A stretch of DNA of 48,471 nucleotides, from the IMG/VR virus record IMGVR_UViG_3300014169_000010, positions 1-48,471 of that record; one strand, written 5' to 3'. Within the stretch, counting starts at the first letter, position 1. Each line of letters starts with the position of its first letter. The translations under genes and the position numbers were made by a program. The notes beneath the pieces are model-generated. The model saw only the letters and a program-made list of their open reading frames with translations. It made no database searches and had not been told where the DNA came from. The DNA is from a virus (taxonomy: Duplodnaviria; Caudoviricetes). Below, in pieces: positions 24,957-34,501 of the stretch.

Positions 24957-26009
24957 TTAGGCTACGACCGTTTCCGCGGCGGCAGCAGCTTTCCGGCGCG
25001 ATTCGGACTTCGATTCCGTCTTTGTTTCGGTCTTGGCTTCGGTCTTTGTTTCGGTCTTTGTTTCGGTGTTGGCTTCCGCGGCTTCCGTCGCCGGTTTCGC
25101 TTCCGCCGGCTTCGACTCTTTCGATTCTGCTGGCTTCGCCTCTTTTTCCTTGCCCTTCGTGGTCACTGCTTCCGCAATGCCGGATTGGATCCATGCTTCG
25201 GCGAGGTTGGGATGGACTTCCACAATGTCGCCAAACGCATAGCAGTGATCAGGCAGGTCGTACATCGGGTTGGCGAGCCCGGCGATGCTGGTCAACATTT
25301 TTACTTCAACTTTTTTCATAAGTCTCCAGGGGTACGGTTCCTTCGCCAGTGGACACGCCAGCCCTTTCATTTCCGGCTTGCGGGTTCTGGTGAGGTAGTA
25401 GTAAAGGGTTTCGTCCAGATAGTGTTCCGTCCGAACGATGGAAAGCTTGCGAATTTCATCGGCCCAGCGAATGTCCTCTGCCGGCCATCCGGTCATGGGG
25501 ACAGCCAGCGCCAACTCCCGCCGCATCGGATTGATGTGCGAGATGTCGCGGAAGCGCTCCGCGCCGATGCGCCCCACACGCCCGAAACGCAGCGATCGCC
25601 GCTCGATGCAGATGAACGCGCCATCTATGTGTTGCTCCTGATTGAACCCGACGTAATCCACCCCGTCGAGACAAGGCAGGATGCGTTCCACAAAATGCGG
25701 CGGCACCAGGTCGTCGTCGTCAAGAAACGAAATGTATTCGCCTCGCGCGCGCTGGCGGAGGGCTTCGCGGTTTTCGCCGACGGGCAAATTCGCGTCCGAT
25801 TCGCGGATGATTAGCTCGACTTTTTCTGGAAAACCAGACCGCTCGGCAGTCCCTTCACGCATCGCGCGGTTTGGCCCTGCATCGCGCTGCGCTTGCACTC
25901 CGCTATTTGCCGCTTTTACTTGCGGCTCGAGGACGTCCATCAGCCGCGCCAGCATCGCCGCGCGCGGCGGCATGGTGAGAATCAGGATGGACCAGACCGG
26001 ATTTTTCAC
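24957..26009 (-). CDS. GT2-family glycosyltransferase fused in frame to a small capsid-neighbour protein domain
   Basis: WSILI.T, ARGEYISFLDDDD and EDI.W motifs; C-terminal GDIVEV....A.AWI.SGIAE plus ETKT repeats; possible internal GGAG/ATG at 25319. Confidence 0.8.
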   Translation of the reverse strand: MKNPVWSILILTMPPRAAMLARLMDVLEPQVKAANSGVQAQRDAGPNRAMREGTAERSGFPEKVELIIRESDANLPVGENREALRQRARGEYISFLDDDDLVPPHFVERILPCLDGVDYVGFNQEQHIDGAFICIERRSLRFGRVGRIGAERFRDISHINPMRRELALAVPMTGWPAEDIRWADEIRKLSIVRTEHYLDETLYYYLTRTRKPEMKGLACPLAKEPYPWRLMKKVEVKMLTSIAGLANPMYDLPDHCYAFGDIVEVHPNLAEAWIQSGIAEAVTTKGKEKEAKPAESKESKPAEAKPATEAAEANTETKTETKTEAKTETKTESKSESRRKAAAAAETVVA

Positions 26010-26683
26010 TGTCCGGTCAGGCGCAGGCGTTGCGCGGCGAACATCATCGGAGCCTCGTACTTGTGGCCGCTATCCGAAAGGTGGCATGAGATCTGGTGGT
26101 TCGTCGGGAGCGGCGGCGCTTCCTTGAAGCTGTAGGTGCTGCCCATCGAGTACCGCGAGTCGTCAACGATGGGAACGCGGCGCCTCGCCATCACCAGAGC
26201 GACCCATTGATCTTCCAGTTGCTCGCTGCCAATGTCCGCCGCCAGAATCAGGTCGGTGGCCCTCGGCGAGAGCCAGTAGCCAGGACCGCCATGGACGAAA
26301 TCGCACCCGCGGCATCCCTTCACGCCCTTGTTGCCGACGTAATCGCCCTTTTCGAAGCCACTGTTGAGCAGCCGTTCGGTGTCAATATAGGTGTCGGTAA
26401 AGCATTGGAAAATATAATCGTAGCCGCGCTTCCGCGCCCAGCGATGGCCTTCTTTCGTCTTGAACGGCAGCGAAAGATAATTGTCGGCCACGGGCAGCAC
26501 GATCTCATCCGGTGCCGGCTTAAACGGAACTTCGCCCGGCATATACGTCCCCGGCGGATTGCGCTGGCCGAGGATGAAGAAGAAGGGGATGGCGCTGTTT
26601 TTCCCCCACGTCTCGCGGATCGCCTGGTTCAGATGGTTGTCGGCATCCTTGCGGCACGAACTGACTAGGATGACTGGCCTCAT
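26006..26683 (-). CDS. GT31 (beta-1,3-glycosyltransferase/Fringe)-like glycosyltransferase
   Basis: AIRETWG, DNY.SLP.KT, YDYIF, GGPGYWLS and EDQWV motifs; ATG 26683 coupled to the upstream stop. Confidence 0.75.
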   Translation of the reverse strand: MRPVILVSSCRKDADNHLNQAIRETWGKNSAIPFFFILGQRNPPGTYMPGEVPFKPAPDEIVLPVADNYLSLPFKTKEGHRWARKRGYDYIFQCFTDTYIDTERLLNSGFEKGDYVGNKGVKGCRGCDFVHGGPGYWLSPRATDLILAADIGSEQLEDQWVALVMARRRVPIVDDSRYSMGSTYSFKEAPPLPTNHQISCHLSDSGHKYEAPMMFAAQRLRLTGQ

Positions 26684-27429
26684 TCGATGAACCCCAAGCC
26701 TTTCCGGATCTCCGGGATGCGCTCCATGTACGCGCGGTCCTGTTCGGTCCACTCGCCCGTCAATTCTTTTCGCTGTTCCTGGCGCAGCCAGTCGGAGTTC
26801 CAGTTGTGGATGTCGAGCGTTCGCTGAAAATACTGCTGATAATTCGTCCAGAGATGGTTGGTGATATTGCTGTTGTGCTTGCTTACCCCGCCGCGCATGG
26901 AGCAGTGGTCATAGCGGCTGTCATGGTAGCCGGCCACGCCATGCTTTCTCATGACGCCGCCGACCATGATGTCCTCTGAGGTGGCGCCGCCCGTGCCCGC
27001 TCGCAGCAGATGCCGCATAAAGTCGGCGCGCATCCAGTAGCCGCTTCCCCCACACGGATAGCCTTCGTAAACACCGTGGAAGTAGAAATTTCCCACCACT
27101 TCCTCGTCCAGAATCTTCCAGAAGGCGTCAATCAGCCGCGGGATGCTGATGTAGGTGTCGCGGAATCCCTGAAAAATAAAGTCATAGCCGCCGCTCAGGG
27201 CAAACTCGATATTTTTCAGGGTCTTGACGGGCAGGTTATTCCAGTTGTCATTCACTCCGGCGTAGTGGAGTTCGTGTTCGCGGAGTTCGCGCGGTTCGCC
27301 GCCCATGGCGAGGATGTACTGGATGCCGAGGTCATCGGCCGTCTTTCCCCACGTCTCGCGGATGACGTCATGGTCGCCATGATTCGCATCGTCATGGCAC
27401 GAACTGATGGCGATAAGGAATTTAGGCAT
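26680..27429 (-). CDS. GT31-like glycosyltransferase (paralog of the adjacent gene)
   Basis: IRETWG, DNW.NLP.KT, YDFIF, GGSGYW and EDIMVG motifs. Confidence 0.75.
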   Translation of the reverse strand: MPKFLIAISSCHDDANHGDHDVIRETWGKTADDLGIQYILAMGGEPRELREHELHYAGVNDNWNNLPVKTLKNIEFALSGGYDFIFQGFRDTYISIPRLIDAFWKILDEEVVGNFYFHGVYEGYPCGGSGYWMRADFMRHLLRAGTGGATSEDIMVGGVMRKHGVAGYHDSRYDHCSMRGGVSKHNSNITNHLWTNYQQYFQRTLDIHNWNSDWLRQEQRKELTGEWTEQDRAYMERIPEIRKGLGFIE

Positions 27430-28309
27430 TCGCCTTCACCTTCACGGATGGGAACGAATCGCGCAGAATTCGCTCCATTCCAATTTCGGCGATGAAGCCC
27501 AGGTCTTGTCGCGCTTTCGACGGGTCGCTCACGATGGTTTTAGCGTCGCCCGGCCGCGCCGGAACATACACCGGCTCCGTGCCCAGCATGGCGCAGACTT
27601 CGTTCATGGATGTGAGCTTGCCCGTCGCCACGTCGTAGGCTTCGCCCGGCGTTCCTTTGGTGAGCGCCAGTTCGAAAGCGCGGGCAACGTCGGCCGCGTG
27701 GATGAAATCGCGCGTCTGCGTGCCGTCGCCCGTGATCTTGAAATGGCCTTGCTTCTCGAACGCGATGTCCATTCCGGCGAAGGCGCACGGCTGGTATTCG
27801 GTGCGCGATTGCCCGTCGCCGGCAATGTTGCAGGGACGCAGCGCGACCGCGCTGACTCCCATGCGGGCGTAGGCTTTCACCAGAAGTTCGGCGGCCACCT
27901 TTGTCGCCTTGTAAACCGTCATGTCAGGGCAGAGCACGATATTGCTGCTGCAGACCACGACGCGCTTGATCTTCTCCGGATTCTGCCGCGCGATTTCGAG
28001 GACGTTCAGAGTGCCGCCGACATTCACGTCCCAGGCCAGCTTCGGATTGTCCTGGCAGGTGAGATTACGGCCGAGCGCGGCCAGGTGGATGATGGCATCG
28101 TATGGGTCGCACAGCGCGACCGATGCAAGCTGCTCGAAGTTGGTCACGTCGCCGGGAATGTGCGCAAAGTTTCCGTCCGCGCCGCACAGCATTTCGCCGT
28201 TGTCGAACGCGCGAACGTAGTGTCCGCTATTTTCGAGGAGTTTTACGACGTGCCGGCCGAGGAAGCCCGCCCCGCCGGTCACCAAAACCTTTTTCAGAAA
28301 TTCGGGCAT
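27422..28309 (-). CDS. NAD-dependent NDP-sugar epimerase/dehydratase (extended SDR)
   Basis: VLVTGGAGFLG, IHLAA, YKATK catalytic motif, GDGTQTRDFIH. Confidence 0.95.
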   Translation of the reverse strand: MPEFLKKVLVTGGAGFLGRHVVKLLENSGHYVRAFDNGEMLCGADGNFAHIPGDVTNFEQLASVALCDPYDAIIHLAALGRNLTCQDNPKLAWDVNVGGTLNVLEIARQNPEKIKRVVVCSSNIVLCPDMTVYKATKVAAELLVKAYARMGVSAVALRPCNIAGDGQSRTEYQPCAFAGMDIAFEKQGHFKITGDGTQTRDFIHAADVARAFELALTKGTPGEAYDVATGKLTSMNEVCAMLGTEPVYVPARPGDAKTIVSDPSKARQDLGFIAEIGMERILRDSFPSVKVKANA

Positions 28310-29058
28310 CCCGTTCCCTCCCAAAGAAGTTTCAGATCTCCGGCATTGAAATATGCGCGAAGGCGGTCGAGCGTGACGCCGTACTTTTCGGCGAACACCA
28401 GCAGCACATCGTCCGGCTTTTTCCAGTCAGGACCGCCGGCGCGCTTGAATGTCGTCGGACCGCCGCCGGGATGGGCTTCGTGCAGCACGGTCACCGCATT
28501 GGTGACGGCGCACTTGTATCCCGCGAACTCCGCGCGGACGCAATAATCGAAATCGTCGCCAAAGGATGTGAAGCGCTCATCCCACTCGCCGACGGCGTTC
28601 AGGCACTCCCGCTTGAGGTACACGCAGGGAAACCACATATCGACCGGCGGAACGTAATCGCACTCTGAGAGCGGATTCGCCAGCGGCGCACTGGCGCGGC
28701 CTTGCAGCCGCGGCGAAAGGATCCCGACATCGGGATGCTCATAGGCAACCGCCTGCAGCCGCTCGACGACATTGGCATCCAGAAAGCGGATGTCGTCGCC
28801 GCAATACAAAATGTCGCAATCGGGGTAAGCGGCCGAAGCCGCCCTTACGCCCAGATTGGCGTTACGCGCCATGGCAAAGGACGTTGGCGCCGCGACTGTG
28901 AGCCAGCCAGGCGTTTCTATCGGCCCAGGCCATTTTTCATCGCCAGGGTCGAGCACCAGAATCTTGGGCGCATTGGGAGCGAACCGTTCCGCGCTTTCGA
29001 GAAAGGCGCGGAATATCTCCCAATAGCGGGAAAGCACGACGATGGCGACAGGTTTCAT
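28294..29058 (-). CDS. GT2-like glycosyltransferase
   Basis: A.NANLG, ILY..DDI and VG.WDERF..FGDDFDYC.R....GY motifs. Confidence 0.85.
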   Translation of the reverse strand: MKPVAIVVLSRYWEIFRAFLESAERFAPNAPKILVLDPGDEKWPGPIETPGWLTVAAPTSFAMARNANLGVRAASAAYPDCDILYCGDDIRFLDANVVERLQAVAYEHPDVGILSPRLQGRASAPLANPLSECDYVPPVDMWFPCVYLKRECLNAVGEWDERFTSFGDDFDYCVRAEFAGYKCAVTNAVTVLHEAHPGGGPTTFKRAGGPDWKKPDDVLLVFAEKYGVTLDRLRAYFNAGDLKLLWEGTGCPNF

Positions 29059-29083
29059 AATAAAAATAATAAAAATTATTCCA

Positions 29084-29137
29084 TTCATCGCCGCAGTGCC
29101 GGGGCAGGTTCTCCCCGGCAATGCTGATGGCGATGAA
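29084..29137 (-). terminator. Strong hairpin after the major capsid gene (terminator/attenuator)
   Basis: TTCATCGCC/GGCGATGAA outer and TGCCGGGG/CCCCGGCA inner stems, followed by an AT-rich tract. Confidence 0.6.
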
Positions 29138-29143
29138 ACTGGC

Positions 29144-30445
29144 TTAGGACGCCGAGTTGGCGAACGTCTTGACGGCGTTCGGGTTGAGGATGCGACCGTC
29201 ATGCCGCGAGAAGGCCAGGAAGGTGACCTGACCGAGCAGGGCATACAGTTCGACGAGGCGCACGATGGTGATGTCGCGGCAATCGCGGATCACGTACTTG
29301 CTGAAATCGCCGAACGCGACCGACGTGGCATTGGCAGCCATCGCGGGCATGTCCTGGTTGATCTCGTAGGCGTAGCCGTCGATGGTGTCGGGCACGGGGT
29401 TTGCCATGCCAGCCAGCGCGGGTTGCCACAACATGCGGCCCGTGGTGTCCTTGAGCTTTTTCAGGACTTTCAAGGTGGAATCGGCAAACATCCACTTCGC
29501 GTTCTTGGTGCGGTATGCCGGGTCCACGGAGTGCTCAAGGTTGTACAGATCGTCGGTGATGATCGACGTGGTTTCGCCAGTCGCGCCGGTGGTGCCGAGG
29601 TCGGCGCCGACGGTTACGCCTTGCGGCTGCCCCGTGCCCGTTCCCACCGTGAAGTGGTTATTGGTGATACGGCCAATGCGGACGGCCAACAGTTCGGCAA
29701 TCAGGCTGTCGATGTCGAAGAAGCTGTCTTGCAGCAATTCGACTGACACCGGAATGTACTTCGAGCTGTATTTGTAGGCCGTGAAGGTCACCTGCCCGAA
29801 CGCAAGATCCTGTTCGGTGGTGGTGACGTTTTCTCCGATGATCACGCCGCTGTTCGCGGTGTCATCGACCGTCGGCCAGGGAATCGACCGGCCATCGGGC
29901 GTCGGGAAGATGCGCGAGACTGCCCGCATTCCGCCGTATGCCTTGAGGAAGGTTTCGAGCAAGCCGCTGAATCCCGTCGGGACCAGGTAGCCGCCCTGCG
30001 ATCCGGTGCCCACATCCTGTGCGGCGCGGATTTCGACCGGCAAGCCGGCATCAATGGCCCGACCGTCCAAACTGCGGCGGCTGGTGGCCATGACCTGCTT
30101 CTGTTGCAGCGACATCCCGGCTTCGCCGAAACGCAGCCAGTTGGTGAAGGCAGTCTTGCGCTGCTTTTCGAATTCCTCTGTGCTGAGGGTTTCGGTGCCA
30201 GCCTTCGGGCGCACTTCCGTGGGAGCGGTAATCACGCGGCCCTCGAGTTCGGCGGCCTGCGCTTCCAGTTTTTCCCGGCGGTTAACTTCGGCGCGGGTTT
30301 CGGTGTAATCCGCGTCCATCCGGTCCCACGCTTCGTTCTCTTCCTTGGTCATCTTGCGGCCTTCGGAATCCGCTTTCTTGGTGAGAGCGGTCATTTTGTC
30401 GTGCAGGTTGCCAAGTTGCTGTTTGAGTTCTTTGACTGTCGTCAT
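29144..30445 (-). CDS. Major capsid protein (HK97 fold, N-terminal delta domain)
   Basis: GGYLVP, VS.ELLQDS, G.GTGQP.G, LK.LKD..GR.LWQP and FGDFS.Y.IRD motifs; start MTTVKEL with AAGGA RBS. Confidence 0.97.
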   Translation of the reverse strand: MTTVKELKQQLGNLHDKMTALTKKADSEGRKMTKEENEAWDRMDADYTETRAEVNRREKLEAQAAELEGRVITAPTEVRPKAGTETLSTEEFEKQRKTAFTNWLRFGEAGMSLQQKQVMATSRRSLDGRAIDAGLPVEIRAAQDVGTGSQGGYLVPTGFSGLLETFLKAYGGMRAVSRIFPTPDGRSIPWPTVDDTANSGVIIGENVTTTEQDLAFGQVTFTAYKYSSKYIPVSVELLQDSFFDIDSLIAELLAVRIGRITNNHFTVGTGTGQPQGVTVGADLGTTGATGETTSIITDDLYNLEHSVDPAYRTKNAKWMFADSTLKVLKKLKDTTGRMLWQPALAGMANPVPDTIDGYAYEINQDMPAMAANATSVAFGDFSKYVIRDCRDITIVRLVELYALLGQVTFLAFSRHDGRILNPNAVKTFANSAS

Positions 30446-30585
30446 GGGAATTTCCTTGTTGCGAATGCCCGTCGGCGCGCGCTGCAATGAGCGCGGCGTC
30501 AGTGCTTTCCCATCGCGCCGTGGACGGACCAATACCGTCGCCTGAACTTGATCAGGACGGAGCGTGGGCAAACTTGTTTTTGGAA

Positions 30586-32517
30586 CTAGAGCGCGGCCAT
30601 CCGTACGCGGCGGGAAATTTCCTCGCCGGCGGATGCGTAGAGCGCGGCTGCGCGCTCGAGGTCGCCGTGGATGCGTTCCACATCCTGCAATCGCGCAGTG
30701 GCTTCCTCGGTCAATTTGTTCGATTCCGGCTTCGCGGCAGGCGTTTGCAGTTGCCCGGCTTTCGCTTCCGCCATCCGTGCTCGGCGCGGCATCTCTTCCA
30801 TCGCGGTTGTCAACAGGTTGCGTGCCTCGCCCAACTTCGACTGGATGCCTAGCGCGGCTTCCATGTGGGCCGTTGCTTGCTTCTCGCGGGATTCCTTCGC
30901 GGCTCCGGCCGCAGCCTCAGCCTCCGCCACATCCGAGAGCAGTCCATCGGCCGCGACTTCCGCAGTGCGCGAGCGGCGCGGCAGATCGTCGGACGCGGCC
31001 ACGCAGACTTCCGAGGCTTGCTTGATTTCCGACACCAGCGACTCAATCCATCGCATATTCGCCTGGCAGTATTGCGCGTGGGCCCTCTTCTCGTTGACAA
31101 GGCTTGCCTGCGCCCTTTCCAGTTCTCCCTGGATTTCAGCGCATCGGGATACCGACGCGGCCAGCAGGCGCGGCAGTTCCTCCATCGCCGCGGCATAGAC
31201 GGCGCTGGCCTGCCGGAATTCTCCGAGGGTGCGTTCAATCCATTGGGCATGTCCTTGCGCGTCCTCGGCATGGGCCTTTCGTTCCGCCGCCAAATCCCCC
31301 TCTGCCATTTCCAGCCTCATGGTCAAAGCCACGATCGACTCACGAGTCGCGGCCGTGAATCGCGGGAGGTCCTTCAATGCCGCGGCGAGTTTCGAGCCCT
31401 CCTCGAGCTCTGCCGCGATGCGCTGCATCCATCTGGCGCTGGCATCCGCGTCGGTTTTCTTTTCCGCGACGACGCCTTTTTTCTCTTCTTCCAACTGCGT
31501 CAGTTTGGCATTCAGCGACCGGATGGTTTTGTTGGCATCATCAATTTGCTGTTTGAGCGATGCCGTTGCTTTCGCCTTCGCCTGCATCGGGCAATCTTCA
31601 CAGTCGTCATCCATGCAATCGGCGTTGGCGCAGTCCTGGCAGTTGTTTTCCTTGCTGCACGGCAGGCATTCGCATCCGCACTCTTCGGCGCCTTTTTCGT
31701 CCGCTTTTATTTTTTTGGCTTTGGCCTTGGCAAAGGCCAAGGCTTGCATGGCGCAATCGGTGCAATCCTCATCCGCGCAATCGGCGTTGGTGCAGTCCTG
31801 GCAGTTGTTTTCCTTGCTGCACGGCAGGCAGGAGCAGCCGCACTCGCTGGCGCCCTTTTCGTCTGCCTTGACCGGAGCGAAGCGCGCCGCGATCTGCTGC
31901 GGTACTTTGCGGAACTTCGCCAGCATGGGAGCGAAGTTGGCGGCAACGTCCGCGTCATCCCCCTCGGGCGTTATGACTTTTTCCGCGAATCCCAGGTCCA
32001 CCGTCTCTTGCGCGGTCATCCAGGTTTCCGCATCCATCAGCGCGGCCACTTCTTCCGCCGATTTCTTGGTGTGGCGCCGGTAGGCGGGAATCATGGACGC
32101 TTTCACTTTGTCCAGCGTCTCCGCCATCTTCCGCATGTCGTTGGCGTCTCCCCCTACGCTGGTGTAGGGGTTGTGAATCATCATGATGGCGTTCTCGCCC
32201 ATGCTGATTTCGCTGGCGGCCATGACAATGACGCTGGCGATCGAGGCGGCGAGGCCGTCCACTTGCGCCGTGACCTTCGCGCCATGGGAAAGCAGCGTGT
32301 TGTAAATGGCGAGGCCGTCAAACACCGCTCCGCCGGGCGAGTTCACCCGCAGATGGATCTTGGTGACAGGGCCAGCGGCCTTTAAGTCCTCAGCAAAAGA
32401 CTTCGCTGTGGTACCTTCGCCCGTCCAAAAGTCCGTCCCGATCATCTCGTAGAGCAGGATTTCGATTTCGCCGCCGGCTTTGGCGGTAATGGTCCACGGC
32501 TTATGGTTCTTGATCAT
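30586..32517 (-). CDS. ClpP-type prohead protease with Cys-rich repeats and a long coiled-coil (scaffold-like) tail
   Basis: NSPGG.VFDG.AIYN, DGLAASIAS, MMIHNP and MDAETW motifs. Confidence 0.92.
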   Translation of the reverse strand: MIKNHKPWTITAKAGGEIEILLYEMIGTDFWTGEGTTAKSFAEDLKAAGPVTKIHLRVNSPGGAVFDGLAIYNTLLSHGAKVTAQVDGLAASIASVIVMAASEISMGENAIMMIHNPYTSVGGDANDMRKMAETLDKVKASMIPAYRRHTKKSAEEVAALMDAETWMTAQETVDLGFAEKVITPEGDDADVAANFAPMLAKFRKVPQQIAARFAPVKADEKGASECGCSCLPCSKENNCQDCTNADCADEDCTDCAMQALAFAKAKAKKIKADEKGAEECGCECLPCSKENNCQDCANADCMDDDCEDCPMQAKAKATASLKQQIDDANKTIRSLNAKLTQLEEEKKGVVAEKKTDADASARWMQRIAAELEEGSKLAAALKDLPRFTAATRESIVALTMRLEMAEGDLAAERKAHAEDAQGHAQWIERTLGEFRQASAVYAAAMEELPRLLAASVSRCAEIQGELERAQASLVNEKRAHAQYCQANMRWIESLVSEIKQASEVCVAASDDLPRRSRTAEVAADGLLSDVAEAEAAAGAAKESREKQATAHMEAALGIQSKLGEARNLLTTAMEEMPRRARMAEAKAGQLQTPAAKPESNKLTEEATARLQDVERIHGDLERAAALYASAGEEISRRVRMAAL

Positions 32518-32531
32518 CGGTAAACCCCTTT

Positions 32532-34154
32532 TCAGTCGTCATTCCCGCCCAGCAGCTTGATTACGCGGTCCAACTCAGCGTTCAGATTTTCGGCCTCGAG
32601 CACTCGCGCCGTCAGCACATTGGCGCAACATTCCAACAGGTCATGGTCGGCGGTAACTTCGAGCGCAGCCGCCAGCGGTTCGACCAGCAGTCCCCTGAAT
32701 TTCGCGGTAGCGCGCTTCGGACTGAAAGAATTCCAGCCTCGGATTTCGCCGGCAATGTTGGCCAGAAGCACCTGGAAACCGGCCCAATTCGCATCCGATT
32801 TGCGGCGCTTTGGCGCCGGATTAGCAGGCGATTGGCTGGGATTCGATTCGTCCGGTTCGGCCGGATTGGGTTCGTCGGGATTCGTCTTTACGTCGCCCGG
32901 CTTGGCCTTGGGCTCCGGCGGAGGCGGCGGAGCATTCGCATCCACGAAGTTCATGGGGACGTAGTATTTGTTCCCGCTCGGCGCGGTGATGGGATTCTCG
33001 CCTTCATCGGCGCGGATCTCGTTGGCCGAGATCGAACCGGACTGCCAGCGCGCATTCCAGTATTGGGCGCGAGCCACCGAATCGCCGCGCAGCAGATCGT
33101 TCAGGTCGAAGGCGCAGAGATGATCGCCGTCGGGGAAAAGCTTGGAACTGAATTCGTTCTCCCACATCGTGCAGTCGTCGCGCAGCGTGTAATCCACCAG
33201 TTGCCGGTTGAATACTTCGCTGGACGCATACGTCGCCGCTTTGTCGTCGGCGCCAGGCACCAGCATGGGAGGAATGCGGAAGAGTCCCGCGATCTCGGCC
33301 CGGCTCATTTGCTTCGAAGCGATGAACTCCGCGTCGGACAAGGGCATCGAGAGCGGCTGGTACTTCGCGCCCTCTTCCAGCAGGATGGTGCGGCCGGCGT
33401 TTTGCGAACCAGCGTACTTTTCCTGAAATGACGAACTGAGCTTTTCTTTTCCTTCCGGACTCAATCGGCCGGGATAGGTGAGCACCCCGGAAGTCTTGGC
33501 GCCGTTCTTATAAAAGCTGCTGGAAAAGATTTCCATGGCCACGGCCAGCCCGAGGCCGCGGCGGTAATTCTGAATCGGCGAGATGCCTTCGATGCCCTCA
33601 TAACAGAAGCCGCGCAGGTGCAGCATGTCCTCCGGCAGCACCTTCATCTGGGAGAAACCGCCGTCCTGTGCCTGCCCGGTCACGACGTAGTAATAGTCGC
33701 CGCGCTGCGTGCCATAGTGGACGCGCACATTCGTTGGATGGTACGGCCAGAGATATTTCAGGGCGCCGCGGCCATCGGTTTCAATCAGCGCATAGGAGTT
33801 GCCCCACAGCAGCCAATTGACCGCCATCTTGTGCCGAAGCGAGTACGAGGTATCTTCGGGGCTGGTCCTGTCGTGCAGGATGGTATGCTCCCGCCGGTTC
33901 AGCGCCAGCTTGCGTCCGCCGTTGCTGGTGCGCGCGTAGAGGTTGAACGGCAGCGATGCCAGCAGTCCGGCGCGGATGTTCACGCAGGTCCATACCGCGG
34001 ACAGCGATACCGCGTTGCGCTCGGAAATGAGCACTCCGGCTTCGGAAGGCACCATGCCGAAGGAGTCGAACAGCCATCCCGCCGGGTTCGCCAGCGTGGT
34101 GGTGCCCAGGCCGTTCGCGTCCGCGCGCATGTCGAGCAGAGATTGCAGGATCAT
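32532..34154 (-). CDS. Portal protein (HK97 family)
   Basis: SAVW.CV, LLWGN.Y, LH.RG...G.SPI, LEEG.KY, EIA..FRIPP, LLRGD...R and NEIR..E motifs. Confidence 0.97.
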   Translation of the reverse strand: MILQSLLDMRADANGLGTTTLANPAGWLFDSFGMVPSEAGVLISERNAVSLSAVWTCVNIRAGLLASLPFNLYARTSNGGRKLALNRREHTILHDRTSPEDTSYSLRHKMAVNWLLWGNSYALIETDGRGALKYLWPYHPTNVRVHYGTQRGDYYYVVTGQAQDGGFSQMKVLPEDMLHLRGFCYEGIEGISPIQNYRRGLGLAVAMEIFSSSFYKNGAKTSGVLTYPGRLSPEGKEKLSSSFQEKYAGSQNAGRTILLEEGAKYQPLSMPLSDAEFIASKQMSRAEIAGLFRIPPMLVPGADDKAATYASSEVFNRQLVDYTLRDDCTMWENEFSSKLFPDGDHLCAFDLNDLLRGDSVARAQYWNARWQSGSISANEIRADEGENPITAPSGNKYYVPMNFVDANAPPPPPEPKAKPGDVKTNPDEPNPAEPDESNPSQSPANPAPKRRKSDANWAGFQVLLANIAGEIRGWNSFSPKRATAKFRGLLVEPLAAALEVTADHDLLECCANVLTARVLEAENLNAELDRVIKLLGGNDD

Positions 34155-34501
34155 AGGAGTCTTTTGGTGAGTTCGCTGACCACGGCGTCCCATCCTGCTT
34201 TGTAGGCCGTGGCTGCGTCCTGGGCGAGAATTTCTTCACTCGGCACGGGCATTTCGGGGCAAATCTTTTTTATCGTCGGGACCATGTGGCGCGGTAATTC
34301 CCCATCTTCGAGGAGTTCAAATTCCGCGCTGCGAATGAGGAGTTCGATGGTGTTTAGCCAGCCATGCCGGACATTCACCAACTCCGCGTCCTCGGGCAAC
34401 CCGTGGACGACCGCGTATCGTGACAGCGGATGTTCCCCCGTGCGGAAGCAGTCAAACAGGAAGTCGGTCGAGAATGTGATAATGCGCAGCCGGTCGCTCA
34501 T
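34151..34501 (-). CDS. Hypothetical protein
   Basis: ATGA-coupled to both neighbours; GLPEDA.LV motif. Confidence 0.65.
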   Translation of the reverse strand: MSDRLRIITFSTDFLFDCFRTGEHPLSRYAVVHGLPEDAELVNVRHGWLNTIELLIRSAEFELLEDGELPRHMVPTIKKICPEMPVPSEEILAQDAATAYKAGWDAVVSELTKRLL

